From contig CDLV01000015.1 of assembly GCA_001244265.2 (NCBI GenBank), forward strand, positions 186,001 through 250,000: a stretch of 64,000 nt of DNA, given 5' to 3'. The DNA is from Microbotryum violaceum (Eukaryota). A program made the translations under genes and the position numbers. Each line of letters begins with the position of its first letter. Within the stretch, counting starts at the first letter, position 1. The notes under the pieces are model-generated. The model did no database searches. It was given only the letters and a program-made list of their open reading frames with translations, and was not told the origin of the DNA. Below are positions 27,101 through 39,519 of this stretch, one piece after another.

Positions 27101-29751
27101 AACAGGTGGGAGTGGTCGATTCTTGCCCGAGCACGGACGACACCACAAGCAGCCGCGGCGATTAGACTCACATTCTCTTAATCGCCTCCTCCTTGGCCAG
27201 CACATCGTTCCTTTTGAGTTGCAGCTTGGCCCTAACGTCGGCTTGCGCGTTCAAGCTTGTCAGCTCGTCGTGCAGTTGATCCCTCTGCTCCTCCAACTCC
27301 TTGCCCTTCCTCGTCTCGACCCTCAACTTGCTATCATAATCTGCCTCCCTAATCTTGTTTTCCAAGTCCGTCTTTCTCTTTTGATCATCCCTCAGCGACG
27401 CCTCGGCGATGGTCACGTCACCGACGTTCGCGCTCGTCGCATCGAGTTGTCTATTGAACACCGCGACTTTCCTCGTGTGCACCGCGATCTGCTGAGCAAT
27501 CGTTCTCGCGGCACCCTCATCCGCAGCCTGTGCACTCTTGAGCGTCTGTATCTCAGCCTGCATCTGTTGTTCGTTCGTCCTTGCAGTCCTCTTGATCTTG
27601 TCGACTTTGGCTGCTTGCTCCGCGATCGCCTCGTCAAGTTTCTCCTCAAACTCCCTTATCTCCTCCTCCCCCAATCGTTCATGATCATACCCATCAATCC
27701 CATGCTTGACACTCAACTCCCTGACCAACATCTGCCTCATCTCGACGTTTTCCTCGTGGCGTTGTTTCTGCGCCAACAGTCTTCCGTGCGAGGTCTGCGT
27801 TGTCGAACGCTTGCGCTCCTGCGCCGCGAGCGAATCCGTTTCGTCTGCGGCTTTGCGCTTGACGTCCTCCCTCGAGCTGCGCAGATTGGCGATGTCGGCC
27901 GTATGGTTCTCAATCTTCTTTTGCAACTCAACCTCCGTATCTGATGAATAGGTGAAAGAGGAACCGGATCAGATTCAGCGTTCCTCTTTAAACTGCCTCT
28001 ACCATCTTCGACCTACCATGTAGTTCGGTCAAGTTCGCCTGCACCTGCATCAAGTTATCCTCAACGACGGCCCTTCTCTCCCTTAACGTATCCGCTTTCC
28101 CAATAATGTCCTGGTACTTGGACGCTTGGGTGAAGAAGGTTTTGTTGCGTTCGACGATCTTGGTAATCTCTTCCTCGAGCGCCTCGTGTTCGCTCTGCTT
28201 GACCGCGATCGCGTTCGTCGATTCGTCAATCGCTTTACGGAGCTGTCGACGCATCATGACACATCAAAAATAAAATAAGAATATGAACCCGTTGAATCGC
28301 AAGCTATCAATCTCGCACTCTGGAGCCAAAAGACGGACCTTGGTCGCTCTGTCCCGATCCGTTTTAAGCGCTGCCAATTTCTCTTTATCGACTTTAAGTT
28401 CGGCATCCTGGTCTCTTCTCAACGTCTTGATGTTGTCCAGCGCTTTCGTATACCTTTTTTGGGGGGAGCAAAAGTAGACACCCTCGTCAGCATTGATGAT
28501 TTTTAACCCCCTCAACTTTATCGCGTCACCGCCCCTCTCATTCAATCAAAAGCACTTTATCGCGTCACCGCCCCTCTCATTCAATCAAAAGCACTGACTT
28601 TGTCGCCTCAAAGATATCGTCAAACTTCTTCTTCAATGCGGCCGGTTCGGCCAAAGGCCAATTCGAGTCCTCTTGATGACAGAAGATGACATTCTCTAGA
28701 ATGGCTTTAGAAACGCCGAGTTGGAGCGCGACTTCCTCGTCGAGGTTGGCACATTTGGTCGAGAGTGAATTACGTTTCTGAATAAAAACGAATCCCGCAC
28801 GCGCAAGGAGGTCATCGTCGATGGAAAAAGTCAGCACTCCCCCCACTTTCACCTTTCAATTGATGCCTTCTCACACAAACCCCCAAAGAAACCAAAAGTC
28901 TAGACCCCTACTATGTACCTTGGAGTCTTTTCCCTCATCGAGCATGGTGATGTTACTCTCTAACGTTTTCATCGTCAGTCCCGCTACGCCGGTCTTCTTC
29001 TTGGTGACCTGTAACCTCCTTTCGACGAGGATCCTCTCCTTCCTCGCACTGAAGAAGCGTAACTTGACTTGGGCTTTAACTTCGGACATTCCGGCGATCT
29101 GTTAGCCAGGTAGGGCAGAAGCCAATCGTTAGAACAAAAGAAAAAAACCTTTGAGTTATGGATCACTCAGTTCGACCAAGGCTTTTTACGCCGGATTGAG
29201 GGCCGTTGACTGACCGATGGATCATGGACAAAGGCGCCGCCTTTGGTATTCGGCGGTAAATCACCGGTAGTCGCATATTTGAGGCATTCGATGATGGTCT
29301 ATTCATTCAGACGTGTAGAGGGAGTAGACAAGTGCAGAAGGGATGGTAGTCCGGAGTCAGTGCCTGTCTTTCTTCCCTAGCGCGAGAACTCTTTGCCGAG
29401 ATGTCAAAAAAGCGCGGGGGCAGATGGATGGTCGCGTCGAGGCGCGTGCGACGTGAGGTGAGGTGATGCGCACGCGAAAGAGCTTGTTCGTTCCGAGAGC
29501 CCCCACGCTGATGTGTCCTAAGCTTAGAATGATCAAAAGTACGTACTGTTTTTCCACTTCCGTTGTGGCCGACGATGACGGTCAAGGGAGTGTAGAATTG
29601 CATGACGGCAAAGTCATTGTGGTCGAACGAACGGCTGGGGGGGGCCAAACCGGGTCAAGTTCGGCTCAGTAATGGCTGACGAGACCTTCCCAAGTGTAGG
29701 TAGGATTTTGACGTACATGCCACGAATGGCGAGTTTGTCGAGCGAGGACAT
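24199..29751 (-). CDS. RAD50: DNA repair protein Rad50 (many exons)
   Basis: [11 protein letters not shown], Walker [26 protein letters not shown], zinc hook CFGC (about 26520), [37 protein letters not shown]. Confidence 0.97.
28515..28595. repeat. Perfect 39-bp tandem duplication inside a RAD50 intron
   Basis: actttatcgcgtcaccgcccctctcattcaatcaaaagc x2. Confidence 0.95.
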
Positions 29752-30064
29752 GCTTGCTGGTGCGCTCTCAGAGTGAGGTTGAGAATCGTACTGGTTCCAA
29801 GCCAAGCGTTGAGGAGTTCGCTGTTGACGAGGTACAAGAGCCGAGCAATCTGACGGTCGCTGCAGTCAACGCGAAAGAAGAACGGAAGCTTCTGCGCTCG
29901 AGCGTGAACCGGAGCCAGCGTGTGGAGTGGATGAGCGTGGAAACAAGAGGAAAGCGAAAGCTCGTTGACCGGGCTGGAAGGACGAGCCGCTCCCCGATCG
30001 GATCCAGGTTTCAAGTTAGGATTTCCCCCTCTATCCCTTTCCCCGCCCGAGGCTGCTTTTCACG

Positions 30065-30882
30065 ATGTTACAGTCCACCCTCAAGAAGAAAGAACGGCGA
30101 CAACGTAAGTCCCTCATTACAAGCTCACGCCTTTATCTCGTCCCTCACCCCTCCTCATCCACCGACCTCTCTTCCTCTCCCACAGCTCAACGAGCCCACC
30201 TCGGCCCAAACGGTCTGGGCGGCGTCCCCCTCGACATGGACTACGTATCCCGTCGTATAAAGCGACACCTCAACGATCTCGAACGCACGAACTACACCGA
30301 GCCTACGACAGGTCCGACGGCGTATGGCGCCTCGGACGCGCCGGATGAGGATGGAACGGAGAAGGGCGCCACGCCTTTGAGGGATGATGATGGTGTGTTG
30401 GAAACTTCCAAAATCGCATGCATGCATCCGCTCGATCAAAACGTTGGAACTTATCCCAGATATATCAATCTGTCGTTTTTTCGTGGCGCAGTTGGGAGGG
30501 ACAAGTCCGGTCGCAAGAAGCGTTCGATGGCCGTTCGCAGTTTGCTCATGTATCGCAAAAACCTCGCCACCTTGGTTGATGAATCCGTGAGGCGCAGCAA
30601 GATCTCTCTTCGGACATGAAAACATTTTCCAGCGACTAAAGTCAAGCTCACTTTTTCACTTTCCCCCCCCCCCCCCCCCCCCCGGCTCAGGGTCTCTCCA
30701 AACTTCCCCCCTCAACACCAACTTATCTCACAGCGTCAGCCCCACCTTCGAAACGACCTCCACTCCAACTGTGTTCGGTCTGCGGCTACAAGGGGACGTA
30801 CGGGTGTATGCGGTGCGGTCAAAAATACTGCAGTATGGGCTGTCGAGCCATTCATGACGAGAGTCGGTGTGAGAAGCGGTAG
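30065..30882 (+). CDS. VPS71: SWR1 complex HIT zinc-finger subunit (Vps71/Swc6/ZNHIT1), spliced
   Basis: RHLNDLERTNY, VRSLLMYRKNL.TLVDES, CSVCGYKGTYGCMRCGQKYCSMGCRAIHDESRC. Confidence 0.9.
30663..30683 (+). repeat. C21 homopolymer in the last VPS71 intron
   Basis: 21 consecutive C just upstream of the 3' splice site. Confidence 0.9.
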
Positions 30883-30980
30883 ATCTCTCGGCGCAGGAAA
30901 CGAATAGTAGTACCCATGTTGTAACACCGTAAGGCCCCTTTCAAGTTTTGACTTGCGCGTTCCGTCTCCTTTTCATGATT

Positions 30981-31951
30981 CTATTCCACCCTCCCCACAT
31001 CGACCAACCCTTTCAACAAGGCCTGAACCTTTTTCAAGCTCGCCGTCGCCAAAACCTTTTGTTCCTGCATCGTCAAACCCCCACTGCCACTGCCATTGCC
31101 ACTGCCATTGCCACCCGACCCCGTAGTACTACCCGCCACACCACCCACTCCAGCTCCTCTCCCTGCACTCGCCCCCGTTGCGGAAGTAGAAGTTGTGCCG
31201 AATTGAGTGTAGAGCTGAATGATGTAGTGCGACGAGTCGAGAGGTTCGGTCGAGGAGGTGGAAGCGAACAACTGGTAAACTTTGACGTGGACCGAGTTGG
31301 AAGCGCGAGAGAAGAGGATCCCTCGAGTGTGGAGGGTAAAGGCGTGTGTGCTGTAGGTCATTGATACGGTATCAGTGTGACTTGAAAAGTCGTAAATGGA
31401 GATCAACATGCAGCACTTGCGAGAAACCCATCGCACTAGCCAAAGCGATCGGATGAGCGCCGTCCTCGATCGAGCATTCGATCACTGGCCGTTGCAGCAC
31501 CTCGGGGGATAGCCGTGCTGGTTCAGGTTTCTGCAGCACTTGAACGGACCTTTCCAAAACGGAGGGATAAGGAGACGAGAATAAGCGGATGAGCTTGGAG
31601 GGTGTTGAGAGGGCAGCCAGCCCCCCACATGAACGACTCTCGACTGACCACCTCGTCCGTTTCGCCGGGTGGTTTGATTGCTCTGTCGACGCAGATCTGA
31701 ACGCACACACCCTCAAAGCATGATCATCCTGTAGAATCGTCGTTCCGTCTGTCAGAACGACGTCGAAGCATATACGTCAGCACCCTCCGCGCAGAGTCCC
31801 AAGCTTCGATCCTGAACTGACCCCTTCGATAAACCATCTCAGCCAAAGTGTAGGCCTCGGCGCTTTCACATTGCGCCGACAGTCGTTCAATCACGGTTGA
31901 ATGAAGCTCGACTGGGAACTGTCCCAGAAGAGACAGCTGCGTCGAGGCCAT
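30981..31951 (-). CDS. MED18: Mediator subunit Med18 (Srb5)-like, spliced
   Basis: QLSLLGQF..VIERL..E.VY, VLQKPEP, ALASAMGF, FTLHTRGILF, VQALLKGLVD. Confidence 0.7.
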
Positions 31952-32483
31952 GTCCGAGCCTGAGGGAGAAACCTGAGGCAAACAGATCTAACTTGCCCTG
32001 CCGCGTCGGTCGAAATGGTTACTAAACGAGCCCTAGTGGCTACTATCCATTTAAATGGTTGGCTACCAAGCTTTTCCAAGCGCGTGGACTTTGCAGCTTC
32101 GTCGCCTGGCCTTTTTGTTCTTTCTTACACCTTACTCGACCCACCATGCCACATCGCATCATGTGCCTCACGTATACGCTGTCTCTGCATCCTTAGCGGG
32201 AGACGCAAGGCAGCTCTTGCACCGCGCACCAACTGGAGTGAGGGGGCCAGATGTGCGAGCACTCGGCATTTTTTTCTTCCCTCCCCGTCCTTCGCACCTC
32301 ATTCTTTCTGCTCCACCCTCATCACGATCGACGCCTAGCATCCATGCCAACCTTCTACGATCGACAATGATTCCGTTCGATTTGTCCTTGGCGTAACTTT
32401 ATTGTCCTCGATGTAAGTCTTCTCCACCTTCCGTCCCCGCTCCCATCCTCCAACAACCCCGACCCAACAGCCCCAACCATCAT

Positions 32484-32638
32484 GGGAGATGACGAACAAG
32501 AGCCATATAACAAAATACATGAAGGCTCGATTTATACACCCAGCTCAGCTAGTGTCCCAAACGTACTTCTTCTTCGTCTACAAAACGCAAAAAGAGGTTC
32601 GCTTTAACGACGATGCGCGGAATGTACTATCTGATCCC
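32484..32638 (+). ncRNA. Candidate intronic box C/D snoRNA
   Basis: GGGA-g-ATGACGA (box C variant, 32489) ... CTGA (32631)-TCCC with a 4-bp terminal stem; ACCCAGCTCA (32538-32547) complementary to conserved LSU rRNA UGAGCUGGGU. Confidence 0.55.
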
Positions 32639-32793
32639 CCTCCACTTGCCAGCTACATCCATACTGCATTGAATGGACAGACAGGATACTGACATCGTTT
32701 CATGGCAACTGCTCTCGAATTTCTTCAGATCGAACTGTGCTCAAGAGTCACCCATCTCCGGCAGGTAAGTTCTCCGTTGTTTGGCCTTTTTTA

Positions 32794-32926
32794 GGTGAAC
32801 CCTTCCTTTTCGTAATATCTTCGATGCCTTTCCAATACAATCCATCTCGTGTGGTTCCATCATAACATACTATCGTGGAGAGAGTCAAGCTGCGCCATAG
32901 AAAGCGCAACGTTTCACGTGACAAGT
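32794..32926 (+). ncRNA. Candidate intronic snoRNA, H/ACA-like architecture
   Basis: Hairpin gaacc/ggttc, ANANNA (32862-32872), hairpin cgtggag/tttcacg, ACA at 32921; AGAGTCAAGCT (32881-32891) complementary to LSU rRNA AGCUUGACUCU. Confidence 0.42.
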
Positions 32927-33069
32927 CGTGTGTCGAGATTTGAAAATCACATCTTTACTGATAGCACAAGGGCATCGCCTCCGACTTAAAAAAACACTCA
33001 CAACGAGGAAAAACGTGTATATACCAACAAAAGCCCCCTCCCTCCTGACATTACATCCCCCCCTCCCCC

Positions 33070-34037
33070 CTACCCTCTATACGTCTCTGTAATCGTCGTC
33101 GCCGTACCACTCCTCGCCCTCCCCTGTTTGGCCGGACTAGTACTAATCCCACTCGAATCCTTGCCAAACGAACCCATCATCTCAACGCCGGACGACATCC
33201 TCTTCATGAACGAAGGTCTTTTCCTCGATGCGTTCGCGCCTGAATTCCTCAATTCTTCAATACGTTCCTTCTCGAGTTGTTCCCTCTCCGCTCGGGTCAA
33301 TTTCGGTTCCGGTGGCACGACGGGAGCGAACCACCCCGAGCCTAGAAGAAAAACAGAAACACCATTCACTCGAATCCATTATCCTCCTTTCCTCAACACG
33401 CACACAAAACAAGATGAAAGCACTCACCCGTCCTAAATTGACTCAACAACCCCCCACCCCCGCTCGTACTACCACTATGAGTTGATCCCGTACTACTACT
33501 AGTACTACTAGTAGTACTACTCTTCCTACTCTCACCCCTCGCCATGATCCTACTAGCTAACCCACTGCCACTCGTCAATTTCTCCTCCTTCCGAGGCGTG
33601 GGTAAACCATCCTGTAAAGCATCTTGTAATTCCCGTTGAACATCACTATTCGACCTGCCCATAAATGGCCTCATTCCAGGTCGTTCACTTCCACTTTGAT
33701 CCGACGAATCGTCATAGTAATAGGATTCGCCCTTCGTTCCTCGGGAATGAGTCACCTCGTAAGCGTTACCGTTACTCGATTCGATCGATGACTGCCTACT
33801 CCAAGAATCCAAACTCAACCTAGGATCGACGAAAGGATCCCTCATCATACCCGTACCACCCGAACGAGTTGAACAAGGTGAAAGGTCCAACGAAACACCT
33901 CGTGTTCCAGTGGTTCCGGCTCCGGCGTGACCGATTGGGTGATTCATTAATGACGTCGCGGGGGAGCAGGCTTGTGAACGATCGGAGGAGGAAGGAACGG
34001 AAGAATCCGATTCGTAGTGAAAGTAACCGCCTGCCAT
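33070..34037 (-). CDS. Ser/Gly-rich hypothetical protein (2 exons)
   Basis: ATG 34037 (MAGGYFHYESD), donor gtgagt about 33427, acceptor about 33342, continuing into ORF 33070-33369. Confidence 0.65.
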
Positions 34038-34456
34038 GATGGTTAACCCCCCCAAAGTCAAAACGGTGTGGTGAGATCGGACGTCGCCTTGAGGGTGGAT
34101 TTTCTTCTTCTTCAGGTAGGGTATGGTGCTTCTTCCTGTGGGAAAGCTGTGCGGAGGGGATCGGAGGGGGCGCAAGGTTGCGGCGATGGGTTTTAAGCGC
34201 GCGAGAGCGTGTTAAGGCCGAGGGCTTGCGCTACTCTTGCACTCATAATCAAGTGACGCTTGCAATCAACAAGTCGCCATGGCCAGAGACAGATCTCAAA
34301 AAGCAGTGCATTGTCCCAGGGCGACAAAGTGGTTCATTTACTTCAAGACTAAAAAAAAATCCCACATGATCCCTCAACCGGTCCGAGTACACTATGATAC
34401 CCAACATCATTGTAAGAACTCGCGCACAAGCCCTACCGAAACTGTTCAAGTCGGCA

Positions 34457-36490
34457 TCACCGACGACCGCCCTTCTTCTTTTCCTTCTCCGCCTGTTGAT
34501 GGAAAAGGATCGCTCATCAGGGTTGGTTCCAAATAAGAGCAAAATGGGTACGACTTGTGAGACTCACGCGACAATAATCGCAGAACCAACTCCCTTTCGG
34601 AGCGGACGACATCTTGAGACAGTCGAGATGGAACTGTGGGGGGCCCGCGCGAAAGAAGCTCAGCATCATTCGCGCCTTTTAAGGTGCAGTGATCCCCTCG
34701 CAACTCACCCATTCATGCGGACACGTCGGTCCATCGCAAGCGATCATTTCTCCAAAACTCGGGCGCTGGCACAAGCAGTACAACGTCTTGTCCGTTTCGT
34801 CGTCGTCGCCGAGGTCGGCGGCCTCTTGCAGCTTGTTCATCGACGCCTGTTGGGTCGTCGCCGCGGCTTCTTGGGCGTTCATACCGAAGGGGTCGATCGC
34901 CGAGTCCTTGATGGCCGAGATGGCCGAGGTCGCCGCTCGTCGAGCGGTTTTGGTGGTGGTCGTGGGAGCCGAAGCCGACGTGGTGGTGGTAGTGGCAGTC
35001 GGCAACGTTCGGGGTGTGGGATCGGGGGAAGCCTCGACGCTGTTGATAGCAGAAAAATACAAGTTCAGCATCGTCGGGACATGGACAATTTCCAGACCGG
35101 CATCAGCACATACGTCTTCTTGCTCTTCTTCCTGGCCCCATACCCTTCCTCGCCCTTCCTCTTGCCCCCGACCCTCGGCGATATGCTCTGCGGCATCGCA
35201 TGCTCCTCGGGGTACAGACCCCCTCCATTCTGAGCATAATCAACGCCAGTGTTCGCCGACGTCCCCGCGAGCCTCCGCTTCTCCTTGACAGCCTCAACGG
35301 CGGTCATCCCACCAAACGAAGCCGAATGTGCATAAACTCCAGCCTGAGCATTGACGGCCGGCGCACTGGCAATGACTCCGCCTTGGGCAGTGAGAGAGTG
35401 AACGCCGATCGCATTCGCCTGGGCGGTCTGGTGGGCCTGCGCAATTCGCTTCTTGGTGTATTGGTTCGGGTGCTTGCTCGCTTCCTTCTCGCCGTGCGCA
35501 GTCCCATTAGCGTTTTGCGCTCGAGGCTTCTTATGCGACCCTCCTCCTCCACCTCCTCCACCTCCTCCACCTCCTCCACCTCCTGCGGCCCCACTCGCTC
35601 CCGATGCGGCGGAGTTGGAAGCACTCGGTGCCAAAGTCGAAAGCGTTCGCGCGCCGGCGGCGGATCCATTCCCGAGCGTCGTGTTCCTCGACGACGACGT
35701 CGCCTCGTACAAATCTCGGGCCATCCCCATCGCAGCGGACATCCTCGACGTCGATCCTTGACCTGGGTGACGTTCAGGGGGTAAATGAAACATTTGGCGT
35801 CGTTGGATCGCGGTATCGGCCGTGTTGGATTGTGGATAGCCGTGAGGAGCCGAAGGGGCGGGGAGAGTTGGTAACATTAGAGCGGGGAGGAACTCGAGTA
35901 GTAAAGTGGAGAGGGTCGCGAGGTGATTTTGGTGGGTGGCAATCTAAAATTTAACCGCAACGCGCAAAATCGACAGCATAAGCGAGGCGTCGTTGCAACA
36001 CGAGCACGCGGACCCAATCGCCAGAGAGCGGTGAACTGACCGTTTCGCAAGTCGAAGTCGCGACCCTAATCTTGTCCTCACCACCGAGCCTGAATACGCG
36101 AGCATCCTCAGTGACCTCTCTCAAAAGTCGTAGTCGATCGTAAGGTGTGCACGCGGCGGGGTCGTTACCGTTACCGGCCGCTACGGCTGAGGACGAGGGC
36201 GGGGGCGGGGTGATCATCATCGTCAAGAGCTTTTGCAGCTTGGTCGTGATCAGATTGAGCGAGCCTAAAAACACATTTTTAGTCTCACACAAAAGGTGGT
36301 CACCCGTAGGCGCTGCACAAGCTCGTCGAGCTACGCAGGATGGCAAAGACTGACCACTGAGCACGGCATCCAGCTCCTTCAGATCCGAGACAGAGCGCGT
36401 CAACGCCGGCGGCAGAGCATCGAGGGTGTCGCTGAAGGTGTGTACGAGATGAATGATCTCCGAAGAAGGTGTGTACTGTGGTGCAGCCAT
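34457..36490 (-). CDS. ING-family PHD finger protein (Pho23/Yng2/Png-like), spliced
   Basis: N-terminal ING domain (DTLDALP..LTRSVSDLKELDA..EDKIRVA); PHD YCLCQRPSFGEMIACD..C.HEW|FHLDCL..P.GSWFC..C. Confidence 0.9.
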
Positions 36491-36872
36491 GGCGAAGAGT
36501 TGAGAGGGGTGGGGAGGTGACGCCGTGACGGATCGTAAAGCTGCCGAGGCGACGCGGCGACGGGTGATCGATAGCTCCCCGTTTGAGCTAGTTTGAACCT
36601 AGTTTGAGCTCGGACCTCTTTGCGCTCGGCCGGCGGGGACGTGCGAGCTCAAAGCGCGACCACTCGCCTCGCGACCTTGCAGTTTCGAGCTTACCCCGTC
36701 TCGTCACGTCTTTCTTCGCTTACAATCTGGGCGCGGAAACTCCAGTGAGTCGATATTTTCCCAAGAGCTGAGTTTGGGTTGCCTCGGGCTGCCTGCCGTC
36801 GTGTCTCCGATCCAAGTGCGAACCCGCGCGACCGGGCCTTGCGAAGGCGCGGCAGCTAGCTCAAGAGGGGTC

Positions 36873-37103
36873 ATGGCGGCCCCGGGGCACCAACTCGGCA
36901 GCCGAGCCAGAGTTCTGCGTCGATCAAACCCGTTTACAATCAAAAACCGATCATCATCTCGCTCTTGCAGCTCAATCCCGCCACTTGGTCGGAGCCTCAA
37001 CATCAATCCCATCTCGACGCCTCCGCTCCTGACCCCAAGTGAAGCAAACCTTCAAGTCTGCGATCTATTTCGCCCAGGAGCAAGCAAGATCGACCCACGA
37101 TGA
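36873..37103 (+). promoter_or_regulatory. Putative uORF (76 codons) whose TGA overlaps the SPE2 ATG (ATGA)
   Basis: ATG 36873 in gtcATGg context, open to TGA 37101-37103; SPE2 ATG is 37100-37102. Confidence 0.35.
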
Positions 37104-38668
37104 CCGACGCTGTAACGATCCTCGACGACTCATCCCCAGGTCCATTCGAAGGACCCGAAAAGTTACTCGAGCTCTGGTTCGCGCCGTCGCAAGATCTCGT
37201 CCCAGCTTCCAAAGCTCACACCGGTCAGGGTCTCCGACTTAGTCGCGACGACGGTACAGAGTGGACAGGCTTGAGGCAGGTCGCTCGACACGTGTGGGAC
37301 GATATGCTTGACGAGGTCAAGTGCAAGGTGCTCAGCGTCATTGAGGGTGAACAGGTTGATGCTTACCTCTTGAGGTATGTCAACTCCCTCCGCTGAAGAG
37401 AGCCCATCATGAACCCAAGTTGCTTATTCGTAAGCGACCTCTTTCCTCTCCACAGCGAGTCGTCCATGTTCGTGTGGCCTCACAAGTTGATTCTCAAGAC
37501 GTGCGGTACGACGACCACCCTTCTGGGCTTACCGACGCTGTTGCGCATCGCCAGCGAGACCTGTGGCTTTCGAGGCGTATGGCGATGCTTCTACTCCCGC
37601 AAGACCTTCATGTTCCCCGATCGTCAGATCGGACCTCACAAGGACTGGGCGCAGGAAATGAGTTTCCTCGATACACTTTTCGGTCAGTACCGAACCCAGA
37701 CCTTGCAACCCTCTTGCTGCAGAGGCGCTTATCCGTACCGGGTCGTTCTGGCGGCTCCGACAGAGAACTCGTCCGCATACACCGTCGGTCGAATGAACGG
37801 AGATCACTGGTTGCTGTACCTCACACCACCTCAGGACGATGTGTTGATGCCCCATGCACTGGAGACGACTTCGGCCCTCAGTCCCATCAACCCGACAACA
37901 GCGCTCTCGACCCTTTCGGCCTCTCTCTCGGCCTCTCTCTCGGCCTCCCTCCCCTCCCCGACCCTCTCCTCCACCTCTCCTCGATCGAACCCTCTCGCTT
38001 CCATCCCTTCCTTACTTAAGGACCCTACACCTCCGAGCGTCCCTTCGATCCCGGATCAAACGCTCGAAATCCTCATGACCCGTCTCTCCCCGCGCGCCTG
38101 CGCATCCTTCTACCACCCCGGATCCTCTGCCGACACACCCTACACCTCATACCCCGATATCGCACCCGAAGGTGACGCGCACAGTTTGGGTACATTACTT
38201 TCGACCCAACTCGGTATCACCTCACTCCTCCCCGACGCGACCTTGGACGCCTTCCTCTTCTCCCCCTGCGGTTTCTCCTCCAACGCCGTTCGAGGCGAAC
38301 GCTACGCGACCATTCACGTCACTCCCGAACCTGCATACTCGTACGCGTCGTTCGAAACGAATCTCGATCTTTCCCTTTCCCCTTCCGACGTCGAATCCTC
38401 CTCCGCCTCGTTACAAAAACTCGTCGAACGAGTCCTAACCATCTTTGAACCCGCAACACTCTCAATCACTCTCTTCGTCTCGATCGACGATGACGACGAA
38501 GTGACTAAAGCTTCCCAACATGAAGGGATGAGAAAATTGATGAGTGAGGAGTTGGCGAGGAGGTACGAGAGGAAGGATCGCATCTTGTACGAATTTGAAG
38601 GTTATTCGCTCATTTACTCGGTGTACAATTCCGTCGATGAACCGAATGGGCAGGTCGAGTACAAATAG
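37100..38668 (+). CDS. SPE2: S-adenosylmethionine decarboxylase proenzyme, spliced
   Basis: FEGPEKLLELWF, AYLLS|ESSMFV (pyruvoyl cleavage site), ILKTCGTT, DQTLEILM, FSPCGFSSN, TIHVTPE..YSYASFETN. Confidence 0.97.
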
Positions 38669-39519
38669 AGGGAGGTGTGGGGACTTTTTCTCTTTCTTTC
38701 TGGGGTCTAATGGTGCAACATAGAATAAGCCTTACACTCGTCGTAGAGCAGTGGGCTATTGTCTGACTTGGAGGGTTGAGGCAAAAGTCACGTGCAGCGG
38801 CTTGCACGGAATCCAGCGGCGGCCCTGGTCCAAAACTCAATTAAACATCCTCTTCGTCAGGTGCCGACCTAGACAACGCAGGGGAGGCTTTCATCTCAGA
38901 GCATATATTGGTTGGAGTCTTTTGTAGGCGGTTAAGATGTTCTTTGGGTACCGAATGGCTGGACCGTGTCAAAAATGACCACGAGCGAACGCACCAACTT
39001 GCCAGAGCTGTCCGAGCAGAGCGATCACCACTATATTACGTCATCGAGCCTTCTCCGAAAGCCAGTGGGCGCCGCCGCTTCGAATTGATTGACGTAGGTC
39101 AATGGAGGCAGGCGCGCAGGTCGCCGATCGCAAATAGGTGCCATAGGTGAGACACGCTTAACAAAGCAAAACGACAGTAAACCGAATTGCGATTTCCTAA
39201 ATTAAAAGATGATCGAGCTCGGGGATGCGCATTTTGAATTATTTGCGTAGGTCATCGGACCGCCTGAATTCGCGACAAGAATTCCTGATTCCGTCGAACG
39301 CGCTTTCTATTTGCTTCTTCATCATCATCCTCTGCTTCGACCCCGGATTGTGGCAGTGTCTTCTGGATTTCGTATGTTGTACCTACGACCATAACTTACC
39401 TCATCTAATATTTTTTTCTCCCTTCGACGACATCTTCATCCAATTGCCCCCTCCCCCCTCTTTCTCCCTCTCGACCCTTTCGTTGAACCACTTTTGAAGG
39501 CGCAGCAAGTACCGAACTC

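Larger units (their letters stand above)
32413..32970 (+). ncRNA. Putative non-coding spliced snoRNA-host transcript: intron 32413-32728, 36-nt exon, intron 32765-32970; 5' and 3' ends unknown
   Basis: Two GTAAGT donors, branch sites TACTGAC (32687) and TACTGAT (32956), acceptors 32728 and about 32970; no meaningful ORF in the exons. Confidence 0.5.

Noticed and set aside
16729-29751. POT1 and RAD50 proximity as a telomere/repair gene cluster
   Set aside because: Separated by unrelated genes; ordinary housekeeping gene order explains it
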